Positions 8,333-16,445 of a stretch of DNA of 30,767 bases are shown here, one piece after another. The first letter of the stretch is position 1. The number at the start of each line of letters is the position of its first letter. The notes beneath the pieces are model-generated. The model worked only from the letters and a program-made list of their open reading frames with translations, ran no database searches and was not told where the DNA came from. Origin of the DNA: a virus. Taxonomy: Duplodnaviria; Caudoviricetes. Both the position numbers and the translations under genes were made by a program. The stretch spans positions 1-30,767 of IMG/VR virus record IMGVR_UViG_3300020045_002281; one strand, written 5' to 3'.

Positions 8333-8346
8333 CAACTTTATCAAAC

Positions 8347-8370
8347 AAAAAAGCGCCGGTTATGGCGCTC
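8347..8370 (-). terminator. Intrinsic terminator
   Basis: Minus strand AGCGCC-ATAACC-GGCGCT followed by a T tract. Confidence 0.75.
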
Positions 8371-8386
8371 ATCTGTTAATGCTTGC

Positions 8387-8488
8387 TTAGAATACTACTT
8401 TGCCGCTTGCATCTATTGCACCCATCTGGTGTGCGTTTTTGACGCGTAGGCTTAAGTAGAATACTACTATTCGCTTCAAGACTTTCAT
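8387..8488 (-). CDS. 33-aa peptide in its own transcription unit
   Basis: MKVLKRIVVFYLSLRVKNAHQMGAIDASGKVVF; GGAGGG RBS; promoter upstream and terminator downstream. Confidence 0.55.
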   Translation of the reverse strand: MKVLKRIVVFYLSLRVKNAHQMGAIDASGKVVF

Positions 8489-8542
8489 ATTGACCCTCCA
8501 AGATCGTTGATTTTTTGTTTATAAGACTTGCTTACATTCGTC

Positions 8543-8571
8543 ACTGTATGATGCTTGTGGTTTTATGTCAA
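8543..8571 (-). promoter_or_regulatory. Sigma70-type promoter
   Basis: TTGACA-17 nt-TACAGT. Confidence 0.5.
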
Positions 8572-8678
8572 CCCCCTAATTCTGGTGGGTCTAAATGAGG
8601 CTCTGGCAGCATACAATCATCACAAGTATGGTCAAACGCATTATCTTCATGTGCGCCGCAAGGCTGCCGTTCATCCAT
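8568..8678 (-). CDS. Small Cys/His peptide (36 aa)
   Basis: MDERQPCGAHEDNAFDHTCDDCMLPEPHLDPPELGG; overlaps the HAD stop codon. Confidence 0.35.
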   Translation of the reverse strand: MDERQPCGAHEDNAFDHTCDDCMLPEPHLDPPELGG

Positions 8679-9096
8679 TGAGGTGCTGGGTCACCGCTGC
8701 AGCAATTTCTTCTAAAAGTCCATTCTGAAATGTGGTTTTAAAAAAGTTTGGCAGTTGTTCTGGCAGCATGTCACTATCATCATCAAGTATTGCATAACGC
8801 TCAACCTCTGGGTGCTTATCCAGCCAGGCTTGAATTTCGTGACCACGCACACCGGCAGTAATCATTGGTGTTACGTCATGGACCGGCACAATAGATTTTT
8901 CAACTGCAGCAACGCCGTCTGGGTGATGCCGCCAACTAGAACTAAGTACAATTTTGCAATCAGTATCAAGCTGAATTTTGCCAACCATAAATGCCATGTG
9001 CGGATCAATAGGGTATAGCTTGTTTTTAAAGCTGGTTGTTGCCCTTGAATTAACCACGCCATCAATATCTAAAAATAATACTTTCACTACTCCCAC
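8671..9096 (-). CDS. HAD-superfamily protein (Swiss-army-knife RNA-repair HAD type)
   Basis: LFLDIDGVVN, IVLSSSWR, RGHEIQAWL, YAILDDDSDM. Confidence 0.85.
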   Translation of the reverse strand: MGVVKVLFLDIDGVVNSRATTSFKNKLYPIDPHMAFMVGKIQLDTDCKIVLSSSWRHHPDGVAAVEKSIVPVHDVTPMITAGVRGHEIQAWLDKHPEVERYAILDDDSDMLPEQLPNFFKTTFQNGLLEEIAAAVTQHLNG

Positions 9097-9884
9097 CTTT
9101 CATCATTCATGGACCAGGCGTAAGCTAATGCGCCCATTCCAGCCAATACCACTATCCACCAAAACACCAAAAATACTATGCCAGGCGTGTGGTAGTTGTT
9201 TGCATCTTTTACCATCTGTTCAACGCTCTTGCGCTCTAGGCTGATAAAACTGCCGGTCAGTGGCGCTAGTGTGCCATTACTCACATCTGCTATGAATGCG
9301 GCGCTAAAGCCGCTGGGCGCAATAACATCATAACCATACCGCGTATCACCATCTATGTAGTAATAGCCGCCTGTGCAGCCTTTGGCGCTGCTAAACCATC
9401 CACCGGCATTGCCAGCGTCCATGAACTCACTGCAGTCAGCGCTACTTGAAAACACTGCAGCATTGAATAGGCTGGCTGGGTAATCTCTACCGTGCAACTT
9501 ATAGCTGGGCGTTTCAAGCGTGTCTGATCCGGCATAATCCCATGTGTAGTACGTGGTGCAGGTCTCATTGCCATCATCGTCAGTAGTGCAGCTTTCATGC
9601 TCTGTGTATTCTTCTTTGGTTTTTTGCACACAGCCATACTCTTTTGACATTTCAGGGAATTTGACCAGCTGGGTAGGTTTGAACTCACCGCTGCCCAGTA
9701 GCTTGCCCTGGTGACTATCTATAGCGTAATTAAAGCGATCCTGCTCAGTAGCCTGTATAGCGGTGTTGTACGTTCGGGCAGTCTTAGCACCACCGGCATC
9801 AATTGCGCCTTTGGCAGCAAAGCCAACCGGTATAAGTAGAATTGCACCCAGCACTACAAGCAGGACACGCTTATAATCATTCAT
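9087..9884 (-). CDS. Membrane protein with N- and C-terminal TM helices and a Cys-containing extracytoplasmic domain (LemA partner)
   Basis: Hydrophobic termini; KEEYTEHESCTTDDDGNETCTTYYTWD; directly downstream of lemA. Confidence 0.7.
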   Translation of the reverse strand: MNDYKRVLLVVLGAILLIPVGFAAKGAIDAGGAKTARTYNTAIQATEQDRFNYAIDSHQGKLLGSGEFKPTQLVKFPEMSKEYGCVQKTKEEYTEHESCTTDDDGNETCTTYYTWDYAGSDTLETPSYKLHGRDYPASLFNAAVFSSSADCSEFMDAGNAGGWFSSAKGCTGGYYYIDGDTRYGYDVIAPSGFSAAFIADVSNGTLAPLTGSFISLERKSVEQMVKDANNYHTPGIVFLVFWWIVVLAGMGALAYAWSMNDERWE

Positions 9885-9885
9885 G

Positions 9886-10455
9886 CTAGTTAAATAGGTT
9901 TCTCGCCTCAGCGTTATCTACGTTGAAATCTAGGTACTTGTAATCTTTAACGTCATAGCCCATGATGCCCAAAATCATGCTGCGTGGGAATGAGCGCACT
10001 GTTTGGCTGTACTCTTTGACATCTGCGTTATATTGCTCACGGTATGATGCCAAGCGGTTTTCAGTAATGCTGAACTCAAGCATAGATTGCTTATAGAGGT
10101 CAATGCTTTTGATTTGTGGGTAGGCTTCTGCCACTGCCTGGATGGTAAGCATTGCCTGGTCAACATTGCCGCTGTTGCCCTGGCTGCGTGCCTCAGCAAT
10201 CTTTGTTTGGGTTGCTTGCTCAAATGTGGTTGCAGACTGGACCGCATCAACTAGGTTGTTGAATAGATCAACGCGGCGCTGCTCTTCTTTGCTGATATTG
10301 CTTTGGCTGGTGTTAATCGTCTCTTCTTGCCGGACCGCTGTATTGTTGGCGCTGGCAAAGGTGATGATTATGATGGTGACTAATACCACTGCAACGGCTG
10401 CTGCAATGAGTAAATTAGTTGTTCGCTTTGATAGTGTTGGTACTGATGGTGACAT
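9886..10455 (-). CDS. lemA: LemA family protein
   Basis: N-terminal TM; QRRVDLFNNLVDAV, AVAEAYPQIKS, TENRLASYREQYN, VRSFP. Confidence 0.9.
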   Translation of the reverse strand: MSPSVPTLSKRTTNLLIAAAVAVVLVTIIIITFASANNTAVRQEETINTSQSNISKEEQRRVDLFNNLVDAVQSATTFEQATQTKIAEARSQGNSGNVDQAMLTIQAVAEAYPQIKSIDLYKQSMLEFSITENRLASYREQYNADVKEYSQTVRSFPRSMILGIMGYDVKDYKYLDFNVDNAEARNLFN

Positions 10456-10467
10456 GGTTTTTACTCC

Positions 10468-10677
10468 TTAAATATATTTGCTTATGTACTTATCATTTGG
10501 GTCAAGCCGTTTGTGCAGCTTAAACAAATGGTCTTGGTAAAATTCAACCGCACGCTTTTGGGCATTGGTTGTTACTGGTCTCTGGGTATTTATGCTGACA
10601 TTTTGGCGCTCTGCTTTTACCAGATTAAGCAGGGTCTTGCGGTCTTGGTCTTTAACTTCAACTTTTACGCTACTCAT
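10468..10677 (-). CDS. Hypothetical protein
   Basis: 69-aa ORF with ATGA overlap to the MTase gene. Confidence 0.55.
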   Translation of the reverse strand: MSSVKVEVKDQDRKTLLNLVKAERQNVSINTQRPVTTNAQKRAVEFYQDHLFKLHKRLDPNDKYISKYI

Positions 10678-11615
10678 GCTGACAATATCCTTTCAAACAC
10701 TGATTGTATTACGTTTGTAGTAACAGCGTTGCCAAGCATCTTGTAGCGCTGCCGGTCAGTATACTCTTCATTGTTGACACCGTTTGCCGTCCAGCCGTCT
10801 GGGAATGCCTGCAGGCGCTCACATTCAGTTGGTGTGAGGCGGCGCAATCTGCCATCTGCAGCTACGGTGTATATCCACATGCCGGTATCAAGGGTTGGTG
10901 ACACATCGCTTACCCTGCCGCGCCTGGACCGGCTGTTTGGCATTGATAGGTTGACTGCCTGACCTGGTGAAGCCATTGCAAAGCCTGCAACCGTAGCCTC
11001 TGGTATTCTTACTTGCGGCTGGCTGGCACGCGCTTTGGAATTATCACGTTGTTGGTTATCTTTGCCTGTTGCTCTGCTGAAAGGAAATACTTGGGGTCTA
11101 CCTGATCCTCTAAGATGTCCGACAATAATAATCCGGTCTCTGTTGTGCGGTACTGCGTGATTTGTGCTGTTAATAACTTGCCATTGGCAATCATACCCCA
11201 GCTCATCAATGGTTTTGATGATGGTTCTGAAAGTTCGTTTGTTGTCGTGTAGTGTAAGCCCCTTGACGTTTTCAAATACGAATAGTTTAGGTTGTTTTGC
11301 TTGCAAAATTCTTGCAAGGTCAAAGAATAATGTGCCTCTGGTATCTTCAAATCCTTTGCCGCGTCCAAGTATGCTGAATGATTGGCACGGAAAGCCGCCC
11401 ACCAAGCAATCAAAGTCTGGTAGCTCTGCCGCATCAATTTTTGTAATATCCCCATAATTCTTTACCCCCTTAAAGTGTCGCTCATACACGGCAATTGCGT
11501 TTTTATCTATTTCACTGTAGCCAACATACTCAACTTTTGCGCCGGATCGATCCGCTGCATGGTCTATACCTAGCTCAAAGCCACCAATGCCGGTGAACGT
11601 ACTAAATACTTTCAT
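10674..11615 (-). CDS. DNA (cytosine-5) methyltransferase
   Basis: Motif I FTGIGG, IV GGFPCQ, VI ENVKGL, VIII HNRDRI, IX RRLTPTECERLQAFPD, X YKMLGNAV. Confidence 0.95.
   Translation of the reverse strand: MKVFSTFTGIGGFELGIDHAADRSGAKVEYVGYSEIDKNAIAVYERHFKGVKNYGDITKIDAAELPDFDCLVGGFPCQSFSILGRGKGFEDTRGTLFFDLARILQAKQPKLFVFENVKGLTLHDNKRTFRTIIKTIDELGYDCQWQVINSTNHAVPHNRDRIIIVGHLRGSGRPQVFPFSRATGKDNQQRDNSKARASQPQVRIPEATVAGFAMASPGQAVNLSMPNSRSRRGRVSDVSPTLDTGMWIYTVAADGRLRRLTPTECERLQAFPDGWTANGVNNEEYTDRQRYKMLGNAVTTNVIQSVFERILSA
11009..11455 (-). CDS. Nested alternative-frame ORF, similar to the beta polypeptide of split C5 methyltransferases
   Basis: 148 open codons inside the MTase in another frame on the same strand, with SWGMIANG...LLSDILEDQVDPKYFLS near its end. 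Confidence 0.55.
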   Translation of the reverse strand: MGILQKLMRQSYQTLIAWWAAFRANHSAYLDAAKDLKIPEAHYSLTLQEFCKQNNLNYSYLKTSRGLHYTTTNELSEPSSKPLMSWGMIANGKLLTAQITQYRTTETGLLLSDILEDQVDPKYFLSAEQQAKITNNVIIPKRVPASRK

Positions 11616-11875
11616 CGCACTTTAGCCTTGAGTGCTGCGGCTTGCTCATCTGAAATTATAAACTCTGTACGAATAGCAATCTGACCGGTTGACTTAAGAT
11701 CACCCAAGCTAATCCTGTCTGGTATGCCGTCAGTAATTACCATTTGTTGCAGGTCAGCTGCGCCAGGGTAGTTTTTTAGTACCTGTTCACGCTCTTGCTT
11801 TTTGAGCTTGGCGTAATAAGATTGGTCATTGTCACCAAAGTCTTTATACCGTGTGGTTACTTCTGCTTTAGGCAT
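11612..11875 (-). CDS. Hypothetical protein
   Basis: Likely start ATG 11875 (MPKAEV); ATGA overlap with the MTase gene. Confidence 0.55.
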   Translation of the reverse strand: MPKAEVTTRYKDFGDNDQSYYAKLKKQEREQVLKNYPGAADLQQMVITDGIPDRISLGDLKSTGQIAIRTEFIISDEQAAALKAKVR

Positions 11876-12377
11876 TACTAGCACCCCCAATTACATTTTC
11901 TTTGTAGTATTTGCCAGGCGCTTTGCAGTTTTTGAGCGCGGTTGCCATGTATTTTTGGTTGATGCCTTTACGTTCTGCATATTCCAGCAGCTCAACCATA
12001 CCGGCTTGCCCATTCACATTGACAAATTCCTGCGCTTTTCGCACCCAGAACTTGTGATATTTACCAAAACCAAATTTAATCAGCTTGTCATTTAGCCATA
12101 GGGCAGCTTCACCAGCCACCTCTTTAACAGCCTCAACAAACTTATATGTTTCATCGCGTACCATCTTGCACAGCTTTGCAAAGTAACGGCTAGGCTGCTC
12201 TTTGGTGAGCGCCAGGGCAATCATTTTACCCCATTCCTCAGCCTTACCAGCCTTTTCAAGCTTGATTTGTACGGAACGGTAGAATGGCAAAAAGCTCTGA
12301 TTGTCTATCAGTTGGGCTGCTTCCCCTATTCTGTCCAGCATTGTTTGAGTCCGCTGGTCACTCACTGTGTAAGACAT
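11868..12377 (-). CDS. Hypothetical helical protein next to the origin-like region (candidate replication protein)
   Basis: ATG 12377 after GGAGGG; two similar halves (ALTKEQPSRYFAKLCK / AERKGINQKYMATALK). Confidence 0.6.
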   Translation of the reverse strand: MSYTVSDQRTQTMLDRIGEAAQLIDNQSFLPFYRSVQIKLEKAGKAEEWGKMIALALTKEQPSRYFAKLCKMVRDETYKFVEAVKEVAGEAALWLNDKLIKFGFGKYHKFWVRKAQEFVNVNGQAGMVELLEYAERKGINQKYMATALKNCKAPGKYYKENVIGGASNA

Positions 12378-12408
12378 AAGTACCCTCCAATTCATTTGTC
12401 TGTACTTC

Positions 12409-12438
12409 AATATAGCACTAAGTAATTTGATTTGCCAA
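12409..12438 (-). promoter_or_regulatory. Promoter
   Basis: TTGGCA-18 nt-TATATT with a TG extension. Confidence 0.5.
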
Positions 12439-12444
12439 GTCGCT

Positions 12445-12551
12445 TGTGCAAAAACCTGTGAATAACGTGTGCAAAAGCAGCTTCATTACCGGTTGCTTCT
12501 ATATAGTGTATAAAATTGTTCTTAAAGAACATTTCTATATAGTATGTAAAA
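12445..12551. other. Putative replication origin (DnaA-box-like triplet plus AT-rich repeats)
   Basis: TGTGCAAAA (12445), TGTGAATAA (12457, equal to TTATTCACA), TGTGCAAAA (12468); two TTCTATATAGT copies flanking the palindrome TGTTCTTAAAGAACA. Confidence 0.5.
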
Positions 12552-12568
12552 AGACTTTGTGACCTCTG

Positions 12569-12757
12569 TTAATGGTTTACAAAAAAGCTATCAATACGGT
12601 TGCCCATTGGCGCAAGTGCAACACCAATAGCCTTAATTGCCTTTTTGGTTTTGTAAGCATGGAACTCTTTACGGTTGGACAATACGCCCTCATAAAAGAT
12701 TGGCATAAATTCGTTTGGGTTGTATTCGTAGTATTTGTTTGTGATTGACTTAATCAT
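12569..12757 (-). CDS. Hypothetical protein, probably leaderless
   Basis: 62-aa ORF whose ATG lies 6 nt after the -10 box. Confidence 0.55.
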   Translation of the reverse strand: MIKSITNKYYEYNPNEFMPIFYEGVLSNRKEFHAYKTKKAIKAIGVALAPMGNRIDSFFVNH

Positions 12758-12763
12758 AAGTAC

Positions 12764-12792
12764 ATATTAGCACATCAACGCTATTTTGTCAA
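12764..12792 (-). promoter_or_regulatory. Sigma70-type promoter
   Basis: TTGACA-17 nt-TAATAT with a TG extension. Confidence 0.75.
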
Positions 12793-12796
12793 TAGC

Positions 12797-12964
12797 TCAA
12801 GTGGTTTCAGGCTCTGTACGGCGCGGTAAAACAAATACGCTGCAATATACCGCTTCGCTGCCTAATCGCCTACCCTGCGCCATCCTACGCAATCTCAGGC
12901 GCTCTTCTAGCTCTGGGTACTCATCAATGTAAACCACGTTTTCTGTATTTGGTTCTAAATCCAT
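12797..12964 (-). CDS. Hypothetical protein, probably leaderless
   Basis: MDLEPNTENVVYIDEYPELEERLRLRR...; TGTTATAAT at 12972-12980, 7 nt before the ATG. Confidence 0.55.
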   Translation of the reverse strand: MDLEPNTENVVYIDEYPELEERLRLRRMAQGRRLGSEAVYCSVFVLPRRTEPETT

Positions 12965-12980
12965 AAGCATGATTATAACA

Positions 12981-13019
12981 AAAGCAAAACCGCCCTGCTG
13001 CTTTCGCATTCTGGGCGGT
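12981..13019 (-). terminator. Terminator-like hairpin after terL
   Basis: ACCGCCC-AGAA-TGC-GAAA-GCA-GCA-GGGCGGT-TTTGCTTTT. Confidence 0.65.
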
Positions 13020-13081
13020 CATATATGCCGAATTGGAGTTCTGAGCTAAAGGGTGTCTTACTGCCCTAAAGCCTACCTTGA

Positions 13082-14578
13082 CTATATCATAACCTTTTGG
13101 GTGCTACTACCGGTAGGTTTATATGTTTTTGCATATCGCATTGCCCCGTAGTTACAGAATGCCGCACACTCAGTTGGGTCAATCTGAAAATCTGGGTTCA
13201 TGCTGGCGTACCCAAACATGCCGTCTTTACCAATGCTGCGCTTTTTGGCTGTCTTAATACTGCCATTCAATGCTGGTTGATCGTAGTGGGTCATGGTGCG
13301 CTGCACAATTGCCGTGTCAAACGCTGCGTAAGCCGCCCCAGCCTCTTTTGCATTGGGTGTTAGTATCTTCTTACTAATTCGCTTGTCAGTGCGTACCAGC
13401 TCTTCTACAAGTAGCTGCGTGCCGCTTGCGCCGTCAATGATGATTTTGGCAGCCTTGCGCCACCGGTCTTTGGTTTTATCAAATAGCCAGTTGGTTATCC
13501 AGTACGTGCCTGCGCTCATTGGCTTGCGCTCAACCAACTCAACATGGACCGTATCATTAGGCATGTATACACCCACTCCCAGGCTCACAGCGCTGCCGTC
13601 CGGCGCAAACTTGATGCAATACACCAAACGTGGCTCAGGCTCTAGTGTGACCTTTTTAACGGCTAATTGCGCCCAATGCTCATCACTAATGGCACGCTTG
13701 CTTTCAATGCCTGCTATCCAGCCCAGGCGCATTTTGTTGAAGCTGTCTATTGCCATGTCTTTGGCTTCATTGCGGACCGCCATAATCATCAGGTGGTAGC
13801 CCAGTGATGGGTTTGCAGCATACCATGCCTCTTCATCGCTAGGATCGGTAAGCAACTCAACTGACCACTCTTGCCAACAGGTATCATGGTCTTTGCCGGT
13901 AATGACGTTGTAGCGTATACGGATGAACACAGTACCATTGCCGCCACCGCTTGGTGGTGTACCGGCACGTATGATCTGCTGATTTTGTGACTTACCGGCT
14001 GAAATGGTTGGTAGCAATGCCTCTTGCTGCGCGTCAGTCTCTTCTTGCGCCTCATCCAGTATCAGGGTGTCATTGGTAGTACCCAGCCCACCGGTACGGG
14101 TTCGCGTCCTGAACACACAGCGCCCACCGCCACGCGTCTCAAGGTAATCAAGGCTCTTGGGGTCTTTATCAAACTCTGCAGTAAGCAGGTTGCGTATCTC
14201 TTCTTTGGCATTGTAAAAAAAGTTTTGAACGCGGCGCTTCACTTCGTCAACAGTCTTATCAGAGTGGGCAGTATAAATTAGCGCTTCATCCATGAATATC
14301 ATGCCGCCAATAATACGGGCAATAATAATCTCTGTCTTACCATTCTGGCGTGGCACAAGCAGACCGGCTTTTGGGTTGGACCACATCCACTTTTCTAAAT
14401 CATCATCCCAGTACACTGCCAGCCAGCGGTAAATAACAATCTTCTGCCATAGCAATAGGTGAATGCCATAGGCTTCCATCAGCTGTATGGTTTTATCAGC
14501 AAGCCAAATATCGCCATTATTCCATTGGTCTAAACGGGGCTTCTGATTGCCGTAACGCTTCTTTTTATTATTTGCCAT
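13082..14578 (-). CDS. terL: Terminase large subunit
   Basis: LLLWQK, Walker A VPRQNGKTE, YTAH, Walker B LILDEAQE, GTPP, ANPSLG, C-terminal nuclease domain; start ATG 14578 after GGAGG. Confidence 0.95.
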   Translation of the reverse strand: MANNKKKRYGNQKPRLDQWNNGDIWLADKTIQLMEAYGIHLLLWQKIVIYRWLAVYWDDDLEKWMWSNPKAGLLVPRQNGKTEIIIARIIGGMIFMDEALIYTAHSDKTVDEVKRRVQNFFYNAKEEIRNLLTAEFDKDPKSLDYLETRGGGRCVFRTRTRTGGLGTTNDTLILDEAQEETDAQQEALLPTISAGKSQNQQIIRAGTPPSGGGNGTVFIRIRYNVITGKDHDTCWQEWSVELLTDPSDEEAWYAANPSLGYHLMIMAVRNEAKDMAIDSFNKMRLGWIAGIESKRAISDEHWAQLAVKKVTLEPEPRLVYCIKFAPDGSAVSLGVGVYMPNDTVHVELVERKPMSAGTYWITNWLFDKTKDRWRKAAKIIIDGASGTQLLVEELVRTDKRISKKILTPNAKEAGAAYAAFDTAIVQRTMTHYDQPALNGSIKTAKKRSIGKDGMFGYASMNPDFQIDPTECAAFCNYGAMRYAKTYKPTGSSTQKVMI

Positions 14579-15404
14579 CTGCCGCCTCCAAATCCTCAAT
14601 TGTTACTCTTGATGCAAAACTAGTATGCCGTGCGCCTTTGCCGTTTTCGCTGGGGCGTTTGCGCTTAATGTCCGGCATGTCTGACAGCAATGCACCCAAT
14701 GGCGTTTCAGCCTTTGGCTCTAGCCTGCGCTTGTATACATCAATCTGGGTCATAACTTCCATCATTTGAGCTGATAGCTGCCCTGCATCGCGTGCGCCAG
14801 CACCTTGCTGCAGTTTACTTGCCAGCTCATCACGGATAGCCTCAAGCACGCCCATGCGGTTGTTTTCTTTGGCATGATCCACAATAGTCTTTTCTGATTT
14901 GCCGCCATTTGTGAGACCGGCGCGGTGAATGTTTTTAATGCGGCTTGGGTTACTGATAATGTCATGCCAGAATGCCAGCGCTGCATAGCCCTCAGTTGGC
15001 AGCACATCAAGCCCAGTGGTTGCAAGTAAGCGTATCACGTTTGGTGACAGGGTTTTGAAATAGTTTAGCCAGCCATCGTAATTGTCTTGCTTGGTGAGCC
15101 GTACTTTTAGGTTCTCTTCATTCCAGTCTTTTGTCAGCTGAACAAATTGTTTGTTCGTTCGTTTCATAAACCACTTTTCAAACATTTCATCAGTGATTTT
15201 AGGCTGAACAACTTTTTTAATTACCTTTTTGGTAATCTTTTTGCTTGCCTTAGCAGCTGGCTTTTTACCCTTAATGGGTTTGCTAACAGTAGTAGGCTTG
15301 GCAGCTTTTGGGGTTGCCTTAACAGCCGCCTTACTTTTCTTAGCGGTTTTTTCTGGGGTTATATCCTCAGCTTCACCACTAGGCTTACTACTCTTTTTGG
15401 GCAT
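14568..15404 (-). CDS. Terminase small subunit-like protein with a Lys/Ala-rich N-terminal extension
   Basis: Overlaps the terL start; C-terminal helical RMGVLEAIRDELASKLQQGAGARDAGQLSAQMMEVMTQID; N-terminal ~70 aa rich in K/A/P. Confidence 0.55.
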   Translation of the reverse strand: MPKKSSKPSGEAEDITPEKTAKKSKAAVKATPKAAKPTTVSKPIKGKKPAAKASKKITKKVIKKVVQPKITDEMFEKWFMKRTNKQFVQLTKDWNEENLKVRLTKQDNYDGWLNYFKTLSPNVIRLLATTGLDVLPTEGYAALAFWHDIISNPSRIKNIHRAGLTNGGKSEKTIVDHAKENNRMGVLEAIRDELASKLQQGAGARDAGQLSAQMMEVMTQIDVYKRRLEPKAETPLGALLSDMPDIKRKRPSENGKGARHTSFASRVTIEDLEAADGK

Positions 15405-15417
15405 AGTAAAAACCTAG

Positions 15418-15909
15418 TTATTCTTGGCTACCAAGTTCAAAGTGATGCCCACACTCTGGGCAAGTTACCTCATGGTTTTTATATCCGGCATCAGTATTAC
15501 TGTCACCGCCGCTGCCGCCTGAGCCTGGCAGCTTGAATGCAGGCACGCCAAATTGCTCTAATTCGTCAAGATCCCATAGGTTGGCAATAATGTCAGTATC
15601 CCAGTCACCGGCACTTACGTTGTCTTTTACCATGAACTCACGCTTTTGCTTCTTGGTGAGACCGGTGACCTGCAGCACGTTCACATCTGCATATTGTAAG
15701 TCTTGCAGCGCATAGAGGCGCTGGTGTCCGGCTAGTATGTTCATATCCTCATCAATAACGATGGGGCGTATTTGCTTCATTTCAGGGAACTCAGCCAGTG
15801 ATTTTTTCAAAGCCTCATAAGCTTTACGCCCAATTTTGCGTGGGTTTTCTTCGCTGGGTATTAAGTCGCTGATCTTAGCAACAAACTCTTTTGTAGTAAC
15901 TTCTGCCAT
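15418..15909 (-). CDS. ParB/Srx N-terminal-domain protein with a C-terminal CxxC
   Basis: ISDLIPSEENPRKI, PIVIDEDMNILAGHQRL, KDN, CPECGH; start MAEVTT at 15909. Confidence 0.85.
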   Translation of the reverse strand: MAEVTTKEFVAKISDLIPSEENPRKIGRKAYEALKKSLAEFPEMKQIRPIVIDEDMNILAGHQRLYALQDLQYADVNVLQVTGLTKKQKREFMVKDNVSAGDWDTDIIANLWDLDELEQFGVPAFKLPGSGGSGGDSNTDAGYKNHEVTCPECGHHFELGSQE

Positions 15910-15966
15910 CCTCATCTTCTCCTTTTTTTCCGTGTAGTCCACGTATATGGGTTGGTTTATGGTGTA

Positions 15967-15975
15967 ATTATAACA
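15967..15975 (-). promoter_or_regulatory. Extended -10 promoter for parB-terS-terL
   Basis: TGTTATAAT. Confidence 0.55.
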
Positions 15976-15986
15976 TAACCACTTAG

Positions 15987-16006
15987 TGTACAATAAATGT
16001 ATACAG
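15987..16006 (+). repeat. 20-bp direct repeat, copy 1 (left of the HNH gene)
   Basis: TGTACAATAAATGTATACAG. Confidence 0.8.
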
Positions 16007-16025
16007 ATTGGAGGCAGCAACACTT

Positions 16026-16445
16026 ATGGACCGGACACCAAAAAAGCCTTGCAAGCATTGCGGGCTGATGGGGCATTACGCTTACGCATGTTATCAAAAT
16101 CCAAAACGCGCACTCAAAGCACTCAAGCGCACTGAGCTTAAACGATCAACAAAGCCAATAAATAAGATAGGCAAAACAACCAAGCAATGGTTTATCACGC
16201 GTGCCAGCTGGATCAGAAAAAACCCACCTGATGCCAATGGCTACTGGGAATGCTATTTAAAGATACATCCCTGGTGTCCTGGTCGCGTTGATATTAAGCA
16301 CCTCACACTGGACCATGTAGTAAGCCGGTCACGTGACCCCAGCCTGCGTTTCAACCTCAGCAACTTAAAGCCTGCCTGCAGCTACTGCAACACCGAAAAG
16401 GGCAGCAAGTCGCTTGACTATGTGAAGCAAGCGCCTGTACAATAA
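16026..16445 (+). CDS. HNH endonuclease (NinG-like) with an N-terminal Zn knuckle
   Basis: CKHCGLMGHYAYAC; LTLDHVVSRS...FNLSNLKPACSYCNTEKG; GGAGG before ATG 16026. Confidence 0.85.
   Translation: MDRTPKKPCKHCGLMGHYAYACYQNPKRALKALKRTELKRSTKPINKIGKTTKQWFITRASWIRKNPPDANGYWECYLKIHPWCPGRVDIKHLTLDHVVSRSRDPSLRFNLSNLKPACSYCNTEKGSKSLDYVKQAPVQ

Noticed and set aside
15910-16023. ORF-track N-terminal extensions (ParB from 16023; also gp10-like from 25335, RusA from 30241, TerL from 14599)
   Set aside because: They run through promoters, intergenic structure or upstream genes; downstream ATGs fit RBS or promoter positions better.
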